In this document: piece by piece, positions 22,079 through 31,201 of the stretch | How positions within the stretch are numbered: the stretch's first letter is position 1 | Layout of the letters: each line of letters starts with the position of its first letter | DNA from: Candidatus Poribacteria bacterium | GTDB lineage: Bacteria > Poribacteria > WGA-4E > JAJDTR01 | NCBI GenBank assembly: GCA_965222225.1 | Contig: CBDCTK010000002.1 | Coordinates: 2,016,001-2,080,000 of the forward strand | Length of the DNA stretch: 64,000 nt | Direction of reading: 5' to 3' | Notes under the pieces: generated by a model | Database searches by the model: none | What the model was told of the DNA's origin: nothing | The model's input: the letters and a program-made list of their open reading frames with translations, nothing else | Made by a program: the position numbers and the translations under genes

Positions 22079-22208
22079 AAAGTTTGATTGTTTTATTGGC
22101 TTTTTTGGATTCGTTGTGTTATACTTAATGGTTAGTTCGGACTTTGTATGAAGGTTCAATGTAAACGCTAAAACTTGTACCGAATGAATTTTTAGGAGGT
22201 AATCGGAG

Positions 22209-22478
22209 TTGTCCCATAGAAAATCTGGAGTAAAACATGTTCGTGCGGATAAGAGAAAAGCGGAAGTAAATAGAAGGCGAAAGGTGACGCTGAGAACGAC
22301 GTTAAAGAATGCCGAAGCTGCCATCGCAGCCGGGGATTCGGAAGTCGCCGAGGGACTGTATCGTCAGGCTTCCGGGCGCCTTGACAGGGCGGCACAGAAA
22401 GGCGTAATCAAGCGAGGCACAGCGGACCGCCGGAAGTCACATCTTGCGCAGAAGTTAAACGGCATGAGCGCCGACTGA
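22209..22478 (+). CDS. rpsT: 30S ribosomal protein S20
   Basis: 89 aa basic protein, KSGVKHVR...LDRAAQKGVI...RRKSHL; TTG start with RBS aggagg. Confidence 0.9.
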   Translation: MSHRKSGVKHVRADKRKAEVNRRRKVTLRTTLKNAEAAIAAGDSEVAEGLYRQASGRLDRAAQKGVIKRGTADRRKSHLAQKLNGMSAD

Positions 22479-22514
22479 GTATTGAATTTTTCAGGTCGGT
22501 AGAGGTATCCACCC

Positions 22515-22551
22515 AAAAAGCCCCCAACTCGGAAGAGTTGGGGGCTTTTTT
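22515..22551 (+). terminator. Rho-independent terminator, probably bidirectional
   Basis: AAAAAGCCCCCAACTC-GGAA-GAGTTGGGGGCTTTTTT after rpsT. Confidence 0.85.
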
Positions 22552-22742
22552 CATTGCGGTTTGTAGGCTGGTGAGGGACCAGTCGGACACGAGATGAAAA
22601 GAATGGAGGTGGGCGATTGGGAGAGTGAAGATTGTTGCGGCAAACCAAGTGCAAAAGTGAGCTTGGCCCGTGACAGGAGGTCGCGATCCGGAGATCGCTC
22701 CTACAGTATGACTATAATGGTGTCAATCGAGTCTATACAATG

Positions 22743-22865
22743 CGGGGCAAGATAATCGCTATCGATCAGCCGACTGGATAAGGGGGGATCAAGCGAATGA
22801 ATAATGAGTGCGATAGAACTCCCATAGAAAATCCTGCTCGCTATCCGCTCGCTGGATCCCCTACA
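22743..22865. repeat. REP (cggggcaagat...cctac) holding three nested micro-elements
   Basis: Inner 22788-22822 (-), middle 22765-87/22823-34 (-), outer about 22754-64/22835-57 (+). Confidence 0.8.
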
Positions 22866-22979
22866 GAAACTAACTCCTGCGATTGGGGACGCATTGCAAA
22901 TCGTAGGGGTTGGGTTTCCCAACCCGTTGGGTGGGGTGTTCGCATTGGTAGAGGGGTCTCGCTTAAACGTCAACACACC

Positions 22980-23786
22980 CTACTTTTTCCATGAATTGTG
23001 CCAGACGAGGGTGTTCTGGTTTTCATCGTTCAGGAGATCGCCGATCTTGAGGGAATTGAAGAGGTCTTTCCGTAGGATATTACGTTTGCCGTTAAAGGTG
23101 CACCCATCGGGCATGAAGGCGCATGTCATGGCGCGGCGCGGGGTTATGGTCATGTTGGCGCCCGCGGCGTGCGCCATCAACCCGTTATGCCAGACGATCG
23201 AGCCGGCGGGGCAGGGCACCGGTTGCGGCTCAATGTTGCGCCATTCCGGATAAATCGTGAAGAGTTCGCCGATGTTTTGACCGATGCCGCAGTTCTCAAA
23301 ACGCGCGGTGAGGTGGCTGCCGGGAATGTACCACATACAGCCGTTGGCAAGTGTCGCATCATCCAACGCCACCCAGCAAGAAATAGCCTTCCGTGAATCG
23401 AACGACCAGTACGGGACATCAAGGTGCCATGCGGTCGGATTGCCGTGAGGCGGTTTGATAAGCGCTTGATCGTGCCAGATTCGAATCCCTTCCACTCCCG
23501 CCAGCGCCGCTCCCATCCGTCCAAGCCGGGGATTATGAATCAAATCTCTCATGCCGGGGTGTGTGTCGGCGAGCCGGAGGCACTGCGTAAAGACCCGGGC
23601 ATAAAAGTCGTCGGGCTGCATCTGGTTCGTCATAACATCAATGGAATTCCCCAACCGATCGGCGACGGCTTCGTCCGTGCATTGACGCCACTCCTCCAGT
23701 TCGCCAGCGTCGAGGAAATTCTCAACCGCGATTGATCCGTTGGTTCGGTAGAATTCAATCTGTTGACCTGTCAGTTCGTCCTTCAT
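22980..23786 (-). CDS. Phytanoyl-CoA dioxygenase (PhyH) family protein
   Basis: WHLD, ALDDAT..NGC..IPGSH, HAAGAN. Confidence 0.88.
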   Translation of the reverse strand: MKDELTGQQIEFYRTNGSIAVENFLDAGELEEWRQCTDEAVADRLGNSIDVMTNQMQPDDFYARVFTQCLRLADTHPGMRDLIHNPRLGRMGAALAGVEGIRIWHDQALIKPPHGNPTAWHLDVPYWSFDSRKAISCWVALDDATLANGCMWYIPGSHLTARFENCGIGQNIGELFTIYPEWRNIEPQPVPCPAGSIVWHNGLMAHAAGANMTITPRRAMTCAFMPDGCTFNGKRNILRKDLFNSLKIGDLLNDENQNTLVWHNSWKK

Positions 23787-23970
23787 AAGGTGTCATTTGC
23801 CCTTAACGTAGTTCGACTTCGTATACTTAGCTCGACTTTGTACATCTAGGCCGAATAACAGACGATGGCAACCAAGCGTTGAAGAAAAGCAGGGGAGATT
23901 TTAGCCATCTGGTCTTTTTAGTTGACTATTGAAAAAGTCGTCAGCGGTTTCTGAGATCATGCAACCTGTA

Positions 23971-24023
23971 AGATCTCTATCGACTTGGGATCTTCTATCG
24001 CGCTCATTATTCATTCGCTTGAT
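23971..24023 (+). repeat. Micro-element 23988-24023 plus a head remnant
   Basis: ggatcttctatcgcgctcattattcattcgcttgat. Confidence 0.85.
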
Positions 24024-24030
24024 CCTTGCA

Positions 24031-24924
24031 TTAAAGGAAGAACGGGTTTGACCACGCCTTCTTGCCTTCCTCATCGACGATTTCCACGCGGACATATTTC
24101 ATGCCGCTCGGCACAGGGTACTCCGCCTCGGTTAGGCTTTCGCCTTTCGGAGCGAGGATACGCCGCCCGAGATTGCATTGTCCTTTGAATATGATGGACC
24201 GGGCGGGGGAACATTTGACAACGACTTTTTGTTCGCGGGCGGAGTCGCCAACCAGATCGAGATTCACAATTTCGGGACCGAGCGTCGAATAGAAGGCGCC
24301 GGTGCGGAAGGCATTCATGATCGCGTCGATTGTGAGCTCAGCCGCTTTTACCATAACCCAGGCGTGGAAGCAGTCGTGTTCAGTACCGTGCGCATCGTCG
24401 GCGGCAATGCCAAAGACAGGTCCAAGCCGATCTAGCACATCGTCCCACGCCTGTTCGGAGAATCCTTTCCCGCAGGCGCCCATACAGGTGTCGTTGTAGA
24501 CTTCGACGGCGAAGTAGCCGTTGAGTTGCTCGTAATCCTGAATCGTGTGTCCGCACCAGTACGGGTGGCAGAGCACGGCTTCCCCGCCTTGGGCTTTGAT
24601 TTCGGCGAGGACATCGTTGGGGTGGAGTTCGGCACAGTTGATACGTTCGCGGAGGTTGATGCCGACGATGTGATAGGTTCCACCTCCGTATGGATTATCA
24701 GGATGAACTTCGCTGCCGGAGATGGCGAGGAAGTTATCACGGCTGTAAGGGGATACGTCGTTGACTTTTCGGTGATCGGTGAGCACGAGGAAATTGTATC
24801 CGGCGTCACGGTAAGCGGCGAAGCGTTCGTCCATCGGAATCCTGCCATCGGATTCGGTGCTGTGACTGTGTGTGTTCCCTCGATACCATTGTCCGGACTG
24901 TTTGAACGGGTTTAGATTCTCCAC
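24031..24924 (-). CDS. PHP-domain metallohydrolase (CehA/McbA-like)
   Basis: GNTHSHSTESDG, LTDH, CHPYW, ADDAH, AWSNP; GTG start with RBS aggag. Confidence 0.78.
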   Translation of the reverse strand: MENLNPFKQSGQWYRGNTHSHSTESDGRIPMDERFAAYRDAGYNFLVLTDHRKVNDVSPYSRDNFLAISGSEVHPDNPYGGGTYHIVGINLRERINCAELHPNDVLAEIKAQGGEAVLCHPYWCGHTIQDYEQLNGYFAVEVYNDTCMGACGKGFSEQAWDDVLDRLGPVFGIAADDAHGTEHDCFHAWVMVKAAELTIDAIMNAFRTGAFYSTLGPEIVNLDLVGDSAREQKVVVKCSPARSIIFKGQCNLGRRILAPKGESLTEAEYPVPSGMKYVRVEIVDEEGKKAWSNPFFL

Positions 24925-25131
24925 AGGGCGTCTCCTTTTTTGTGATGTAGATTCTCATCTTAGCACACGGGGGTGGAAATGAGAAGGGGAAAAAGGGGAA
25001 GGATGGAAGAGAAGCAGTGGTCAGTGACCAGTAAAACCAGGGGCGAGCAGTGTGTGAGAAGGGAGCGAGATTGGAAGGGAAGTGGTGGGCGGGTCAAGAT
25101 GGCGCGCCTATCGAAGTTCGGCAGGGCAAGA

Positions 25132-25220
25132 AGATTTCTATCGATCAAGGGAGCGACCAGCGACTGCGATAGCCAATCCCGCGCGGATAGCCCATCCTGC
25201 TCATTGTTCAGTCGCTTGAT
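25132..25220. repeat. Nested micro-elements: 25144-25179 (-) inside 25132-43/25198-220 (+)
   Basis: Outer halves rejoin to 35 nt. Confidence 0.82.
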
Positions 25221-25225
25221 CCCGA

Positions 25226-26050
25226 CTACGGGTTGACTGCGTCTCTTGCCAAGTGGGGGAAGAGCTGGTCATGGATTTCCATTGGCTGGCGGAGGTGAAC
25301 CATTCGATTCTCGTCGGCGGTGTCTATCATGGTGGGATAGTATATGCCGGCTCCGGTTTTGAGCTTGTAACCGCCCGGCGAATGTACGCTGAGATAGCGG
25401 CGCGCGAATTCGAAGTCTTCGGGTGTTTTGGCGCGGCGGGTGCAATTCATGGTGAACATGCGCCTGCGATTTCCGCCGCCGAAGGAGGCGTGGTAGAGAT
25501 CGTGATTGAAAACCACAACATCGCCCGGATTGGTCTCCATGGCGACGCTGTCGGGGAAGTCCGTGGGCGGGACGCCGAAAAGCTCAAGTGAGTTATTGAC
25601 ATCTATCTTCCCCGTGCGGACGAAGTGATCGGGCTTGTGGCTGCCGGGAATGAAACGCAGCGCCCCCGTGTCGCGGGTGAGCGGATCCAAATAGAACGCA
25701 ATCTTGGCGGCGAAGAGCTGCCCCCAGCTTCCGTCGGGGTGCCAGCCGGTGTTGCCGCTGTAGTAGTTTCCGTCGCCGCCACAGTAGTTGAAATCGTCTC
25801 CCAGAATGCTTCCGATAAGGTCGAGTATCATGGGGAGATCGAGCAACGCGCACATGTCGGGTCTATGTTCAATGGGTTTTAGGAACATGGTGCGGCGCGA
25901 GCCGTCGTGGTCTCGTCCGCCGCCGCAGTTTTGGATTGACCATTCAAATCTTTCGATGATTTCGTCTGTCTCTTCAGGTGAGAACAGTTGCGGGATCAGC
26001 AGGTAACCAAAGGTGTCGAAGAATCTCAGTTGCTCTTGCGTCAGTGGCAT
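25226..26050 (-). CDS. PhyH family dioxygenase
   Basis: WHPD, GALRFIPGSH, PGDVVVFNH..H. Confidence 0.85.
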   Translation of the reverse strand: MPLTQEQLRFFDTFGYLLIPQLFSPEETDEIIERFEWSIQNCGGGRDHDGSRRTMFLKPIEHRPDMCALLDLPMILDLIGSILGDDFNYCGGDGNYYSGNTGWHPDGSWGQLFAAKIAFYLDPLTRDTGALRFIPGSHKPDHFVRTGKIDVNNSLELFGVPPTDFPDSVAMETNPGDVVVFNHDLYHASFGGGNRRRMFTMNCTRRAKTPEDFEFARRYLSVHSPGGYKLKTGAGIYYPTMIDTADENRMVHLRQPMEIHDQLFPHLARDAVNP

Positions 26051-26350
26051 TTTTTGTTACCTCCTAGAAGAAGGGGATTGGAAAGGTGGAAGCGTGGAAG
26101 GTTGGAAGGGTGCCTTCCGCGCCGGCTTGGATTTTCTGGAGCGGGAAAATGGAAGCGGAATATTTGGGTTTCACGGGGTTCAACGCAACCTACGGGCTAT
26201 AGTCATTACAGCTAAGAATTACACATTTAGGACCCACATTGTTCGGTTTGCAGTAACGTAATTTACTGCACGTCTTCTGTAGGTGCGAGCTCTGCTCGCG
26301 ATAAGAAGTCGCGACCTGGAGATCGCTCCTACAAAGACCCATACCTGTCG

Positions 26351-26421
26351 GGATCTCTATCGATCAACTGAGTGGATAGCGAAGGCGATAGAAAATCCTA
26401 CTCGCTATCCACTCGTTTGAT
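26351..26421. repeat. Nested micro-elements: 26363-26398 (-) inside 26351-62/26399-421 (+)
   Basis: Outer halves rejoin to 35 nt. Confidence 0.85.
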
Positions 26422-27238
26422 CGGGCCGATTGGGCCAGACGAGCGGGGTCTGAGATTCGTCGTCGAGGACGTCTCCGATATTGAGTGCGGCTACCTGCTC
26501 ATCGGACAGAACGTTTTGGATACCGTTGAAGGTCACCCCATCCGGCATATAGATGCAGGTCATCGCTCGGCGCGGATACGGCGTCATATTCGGGCCGGCG
26601 GCATGGGCAGTGAGTCCGTTGTGAAACCCGGCAGATCCAGCCTTCATCTCGGCTGCCACAGGATCAATCTCTCTGAATTCGGGATATTCGTCGAAGAGAG
26701 CACCCATATTCGGGCCAAAATGCCCTTTTTTTTCATAGTTGGTCATCTTGTGTGAGCCGGGCAGATAATACAGGCAACCATTCTGAAGCGTCGCATCGTC
26801 CAAGGCAATCCAAATGGAGATGGCGTCAGGAGAGTGAAATGACCAATTGGGATCATCCACGTGCCAGGATGTGGGGTTGTCCCAGGCGAGTTTCTGTAGT
26901 GTCTGATCGTGCCACACCCGGATGCCGTCAATGCCAGCGAGTTTGCAAAGCATTTTCCCCAGCTCGGGGTTCAGAAAGTGCCTTTTGACGGCGTCATTGA
27001 TTTTCCACAGGTTGACTCGCTGCAGAAAGACCCTTTGGTTAAACGGCTTCACCTCTTGGAAGAGCGCTTTGTTGCTTTTTCCTCCGTCCGCAATTCTGTT
27101 GCTCCCCATCTGCGTCACGGTTTCACTGACAGCGAAGCACATTTCCTGCAGCTCGTCGGAGGTGAGAAAGTCTTCGAGTATGAGCCAACCCTCGCGCTGA
27201 TAAAGTTCAACTTGTTGGGATGTCAATGCTGTTTTCAT
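26405..27238 (-). CDS. PhyH family dioxygenase; last codons and stop lie within a micro-element copy
   Basis: WHVD, ALDDAT..NGC..LPGSH, HAAGPN; clear paralog of 22980-23786. Confidence 0.88.
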   Translation of the reverse strand: MKTALTSQQVELYQREGWLILEDFLTSDELQEMCFAVSETVTQMGSNRIADGGKSNKALFQEVKPFNQRVFLQRVNLWKINDAVKRHFLNPELGKMLCKLAGIDGIRVWHDQTLQKLAWDNPTSWHVDDPNWSFHSPDAISIWIALDDATLQNGCLYYLPGSHKMTNYEKKGHFGPNMGALFDEYPEFREIDPVAAEMKAGSAGFHNGLTAHAAGPNMTPYPRRAMTCIYMPDGVTFNGIQNVLSDEQVAALNIGDVLDDESQTPLVWPNRPDQTSG

Positions 27239-27489
27239 CTTAATGCCTCCAAATTACAGATTATTGAAAATCGACTTAGCATGTCTACTGCTCAAGCCAA
27301 CAGGCAGTCAATAAATACCTGTGGTAGCAGGTATGAAACCTTTTCTGAAGCGGAATCCGGTTTTCCAAGTGGTTTGCTTGATAAGTGTTTAATGCAAGTC
27401 AAGAGGTCGAGACCGGGCGACTGCTCCTACAGGGACGCGCAGGTCGCGATTCGGAAATCGCTCCTACCAGTTAGCGTAAGGCGGTTTAC

Positions 27490-27541
27490 GGCACACGGGG
27501 GTTTCTATCGCACTCCTTATTCAGTCGCTTAATCCTACTAC
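27490..27541 (+). repeat. REP ggcacacgg..cctactac with micro-element 27499-27533 replacing 6 nt
   Basis: Compare the intact repeat at 6660-6682, ggcatacagagtgtgcctactac. Confidence 0.8.
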
Positions 27542-27553
27542 TTTGAAACGATG

Positions 27554-28405
27554 TTACCTAGGTTTCTTTATATGTGCCCACGTTGTGACGAGTTTTCCGG
27601 GCGTAGAAACGGCTAACGTATCAGCCAATCCCTCCTCGGTGAGTTGTTGGAGATCTTCCTCGGACAGCGCAACCTTAAAGACGGCAACATCGTCTACCAT
27701 GCCGTCCAAATAGTGTTCGTCACGTGGTTTTGCCGTTCTTCCAATGTTTAGGGGCGCCCCTTTTGCATTTCCTGCCTTGATCGAGGTCGTCCAGTCTTTC
27801 TCGCCAATCAGTTTTCCGTCATAGAACATCCGCATTTTATTTCCGCTACGTCCCATCGCGTAATGATGCCACTCCATATACTTATAGCGCCCAGGGACTT
27901 GGGGGCCCATATCTGTACCACCGCCGCCGCCGCCGCCGCAACCGATACAAAAATGAAAATATAATTGTTCGCCGGCGCAACAATGCCTTAACCTAAACCA
28001 CCATCCATCCCAGAATACCGCATCCAAAAGTGCAGATGTGTAGCCCATGATGTTGTAACGTCTGTCTTTTCCTCGTTGGTCCATAAGGACGTAGGCAGCG
28101 ATGGTAAAGTCATCGTCTCCAAATGCCCAAGCATCATTGGCGTTCGGCACCTCGACATAACCATCCTCGCCGTCCAGCACTATGCCGCCGCCAAACTTCC
28201 CCTTTCCCCAAGTGGCACCGCCCTTGAGTGTCGCAATGTTCCCATTACGGCTGAGATCAACACTTCGCTTTCCTTCACCCTCATCAAAGCTCAACGCGAC
28301 TACGGCGCTCCTGATATTTATCTCGGCATCGCCGGTTTCCATCATCAGACTGAAGGAGGCAATTGCCACAGTTACCATGAGTGACGCAATAGTTAGACAT
28401 TTCAT
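27554..28405 (-). CDS. Secreted LamG-like jellyroll protein with KLVTTW tail
   Basis: SFDEGEG, GKFGG, WHHYA, GMVDDVAVF, PGKLVTTWAHIK; RBS gaggtg before 28405. Confidence 0.82.
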   Translation of the reverse strand: MKCLTIASLMVTVAIASFSLMMETGDAEINIRSAVVALSFDEGEGKRSVDLSRNGNIATLKGGATWGKGKFGGGIVLDGEDGYVEVPNANDAWAFGDDDFTIAAYVLMDQRGKDRRYNIMGYTSALLDAVFWDGWWFRLRHCCAGEQLYFHFCIGCGGGGGGGTDMGPQVPGRYKYMEWHHYAMGRSGNKMRMFYDGKLIGEKDWTTSIKAGNAKGAPLNIGRTAKPRDEHYLDGMVDDVAVFKVALSEEDLQQLTEEGLADTLAVSTPGKLVTTWAHIKKPR

Positions 28406-28833
28406 TGGTTCACCTCGCCAAATTACGGTTCGTTCCCGTATGCCTTCATGTGCTTCGGTCATTTCGAGGACGAACCAGTGATTAAATGTATAGAGATTCA
28501 GCAAATGTAAAGTGCTAACGCGAACGGCAACATGCCTGAACAAAAAGTGAAAGCAGTTGGAGCGGAAATAAATACGGCTCTTCCCAAGAAACCGTGTTGA
28601 AGAAATCGATCCCCACTGCTGCTGAATTCACGTGGCTTGTCTCCAAAAACTCGGGGTTTCAAGTGATTTGCACTTAATCTTGACATGAACTTGCAATGGT
28701 TCTCAAATTTACGATGTTACATTTTATCACGTCCTTACGCAAAACCGCAAGAAGTACCAACATTCCATTCGACCCACGAACCATAATCGCCGAAATGACC
28801 GATGTTGCGCACCATCTTGCGGTCACGTATCGC

Positions 28834-30642
28834 TTACTGCACCGGCAGTACCTGAGAGGCGATAAACCGTTTGACCTCGTGCATTGGTGCACCCCCCGAT
28901 TTGAGGTGTTCCCGTTGGAAGAAGGGGTACTTGCTCTCCGCGGCTTCGTCGTCGGATTCGCGCGGGGTGATATCGACTACCGTGTTGCCCCGCAACGACA
29001 CGGTGTAGCGGGTGCCGCAGATGGTATACTGTTCGGTGGTCTCCGGCACCGGAAATTCGACGCGAATCTTCTCGCCACCGGCAAGATGGTCGAACAAAAT
29101 GTTATTGCCGACACGGTGCAAACCAATCGCCTTATCCTTCACGTAACAGGCAAGCTGCGCTACGTCGATCCACCTCGGGAGCCGCACTTGAACTGCCCTG
29201 GCTTGCTTGTTATGGATGGCGACCTTGCCTTGGAAAGGCAGGTAACTGTGGATGTCCATCCACGGCGCCGCCCGATTGAGGAGCATATTCACGGTGGCTA
29301 CGCCGTTGGAAAATCGCGTTATGCCTTCCCACGCGGTATATAAAGCGCGGTTCCCGTTGGCGGTACAGCATCCAAAAACGGAGGAATGCGGGTTCACGAG
29401 TAGCTTTGCTTGCGTGAAACCGCCCAGAAATTGCCGATGCACTTCATCGTATGCGTCGCTGCCACAGGCACGCCGCATGCGCTCTATATCCGTCACCTGT
29501 AATTCCACGAAATGGTTGCGAACGATGCTGTCTATGTCATCCCAATAGTCGCCCAGCCCGGCATCCGTGAGTCGAATCGCGAGAATCAGCGTATCCGCAA
29601 CCCCGCAGCCTTCATTCTGCTCCAGACTCCACTCTGCATCCCTTCCCATCATCGGCTTGATCCAGCCGGGCATGAAGCCTAGCCGAATGACGCCGTGGCG
29701 ACGTGCATGTTCGTAGCCTTCCCGGACAACTTGCGAGAGCGCTGAATCGTTTTCGGTAAGGGCAAAATGTAGAAGGGTTTCCAGGAAACCCATATTCCCG
29801 TGGAAATGTCCGGTAAACTGACCATGTTCATGCGGCGGGACGCTCGCATCGTCAGCCTCATGGCTCCAGAGCGCCGGCTTCAGGCAAAACTTGATTAGCT
29901 TTCGTGCACAAGCGAGCGCCTCTTGATCACCGGTCATTTGGTAACACTGCACGAGTGCCTTGATCGAGCCAGAATGCTCAAACTTGACAGTGCCTTCCTG
30001 TCCCTGCGAGTCGTGTATCGGTTCGTCGGGCGGCGAGTAGGGGAGATATCCGGGTGCGTCGCCGCTACCACGCAGCGTCCAACGCCACACGCCTGACGGA
30101 TCCAGGCTGCATTCAGGGGGGATATAGGCGTACTCACCACAGTCAATCGATGCTCGTTTCAGCCCTCGCCACAGTAGGTGAAGCCAGGGCATCCACAAAT
30201 CTTCGCCGTCAAGCCCGTGTCGCAACGCCAATGCCTGCGCCAATATACCGTTGAACATCGGGTAGGACGTGTTAGGCGGGGGGCCATCGCCACTAATGGG
30301 ACAATAGAGCAAACCGTCCGCTTGAATTTGCTTGAGGAATGCCCTCCACGCTTCGGTCTCCACCGCGAGATTTAGATCGCTTCCGCACATTAACCGGATG
30401 AGCGGCAATGTCCGTAGGAACTTGGGTGTCAGCCAGTTAGGTGGGCCAATCATTGGCGGCTGATGGCTGAAGCGAAATGTCTGCGTTATGGCATAGCCTT
30501 CGTCGGGGCGGAAATTCGTCAATGCGTTAACAGCTAGCGCCGCGCGTTCCGCCAAATCGAGCGTATCGGGGACGGTAGTCGTATAGTGCTCGCCGGGCGG
30601 GGCAGCAATGGCGGGTTCATGATGATTCGTGGTTTCTAGCAT
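28834..30642 (-). CDS. Hypothetical protein, possibly an (alpha/alpha)6 GH127-like glycoside hydrolase
   Basis: 602 aa; GHFH, EGC and GCCTANG motifs plus a C-terminal beta domain (VRLPRW) resembling GH127/146. Confidence 0.5.
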   Translation of the reverse strand: MLETTNHHEPAIAAPPGEHYTTTVPDTLDLAERAALAVNALTNFRPDEGYAITQTFRFSHQPPMIGPPNWLTPKFLRTLPLIRLMCGSDLNLAVETEAWRAFLKQIQADGLLYCPISGDGPPPNTSYPMFNGILAQALALRHGLDGEDLWMPWLHLLWRGLKRASIDCGEYAYIPPECSLDPSGVWRWTLRGSGDAPGYLPYSPPDEPIHDSQGQEGTVKFEHSGSIKALVQCYQMTGDQEALACARKLIKFCLKPALWSHEADDASVPPHEHGQFTGHFHGNMGFLETLLHFALTENDSALSQVVREGYEHARRHGVIRLGFMPGWIKPMMGRDAEWSLEQNEGCGVADTLILAIRLTDAGLGDYWDDIDSIVRNHFVELQVTDIERMRRACGSDAYDEVHRQFLGGFTQAKLLVNPHSSVFGCCTANGNRALYTAWEGITRFSNGVATVNMLLNRAAPWMDIHSYLPFQGKVAIHNKQARAVQVRLPRWIDVAQLACYVKDKAIGLHRVGNNILFDHLAGGEKIRVEFPVPETTEQYTICGTRYTVSLRGNTVVDITPRESDDEAAESKYPFFQREHLKSGGAPMHEVKRFIASQVLPVQ

Positions 30643-30716
30643 ACGGTTTTATGCCTTCTACAAGGGTTGGCTATTTAGCTATTCCTGTATTAGTGGTTTT
30701 CTCGCCGAGTGAATAG

Positions 30717-30802
30717 GGTAAGTGTTGGGTGTCGGTAGCTAACATTGTCTGAAGTGTGATTCATGGGATTTTGGGATTACCTTGATTGTAGGCGTTTAGT
30801 GG
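30717..30802. repeat. About 86-bp direct repeat, copy 1 (copy 2 at 32715-32800)
   Basis: ggtaagtgttgggtgtcggt.gctaacattgtctgaa..gtgattcatgggattttgggattaccttgattgt. Confidence 0.9.
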
Positions 30803-30873
30803 TTTATTCGCTAAGAGAGGATACGATAAAGTGTTCAGTTGCCAGTAGTGATTCTCCAGCCAACCCCCTTAGG

Positions 30874-31044
30874 GGAGTTGTATCAGGAACTCCTATCGCA
30901 GTCAATGTGGGATCTCTATCAGAATCTTCTATCGCGCGGGATTTACTATCGCACGCACTATGGGATTTGCTATCGCCTTGGGATCTCTATCGCGGTCGTT
31001 ATTCACTGCCTTGATCTATCCGCTCAGTTGATTGGTCGGTTGAT
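30874..31044 (+). repeat. Deep stack of micro-elements: six heads, one intact copy (30981-31015), two tails
   Basis: Seven GGA..(C/G)TATC starts followed by three TTGAT ends. Confidence 0.85.
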
Positions 31045-31201
31045 CCTACGGAGTGGCGAGTAAAACTCGCTCCTACAGAAGACACGCAATAAATGAAGAT
31101 CCCATCTTCGATTTGACGATCAAAGAGCGCTACTGCAAACCGAACTGCGTAAATCCTATGTGTTTAATTCTTAGTTGCACTGACTATAGTAGTGACTTGG
31201 G

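Noticed and set aside
30874-31044. CRISPR array
   Set aside because: No constant repeat with unique spacers of regular length, units are nested fragments, and no cas genes are present.
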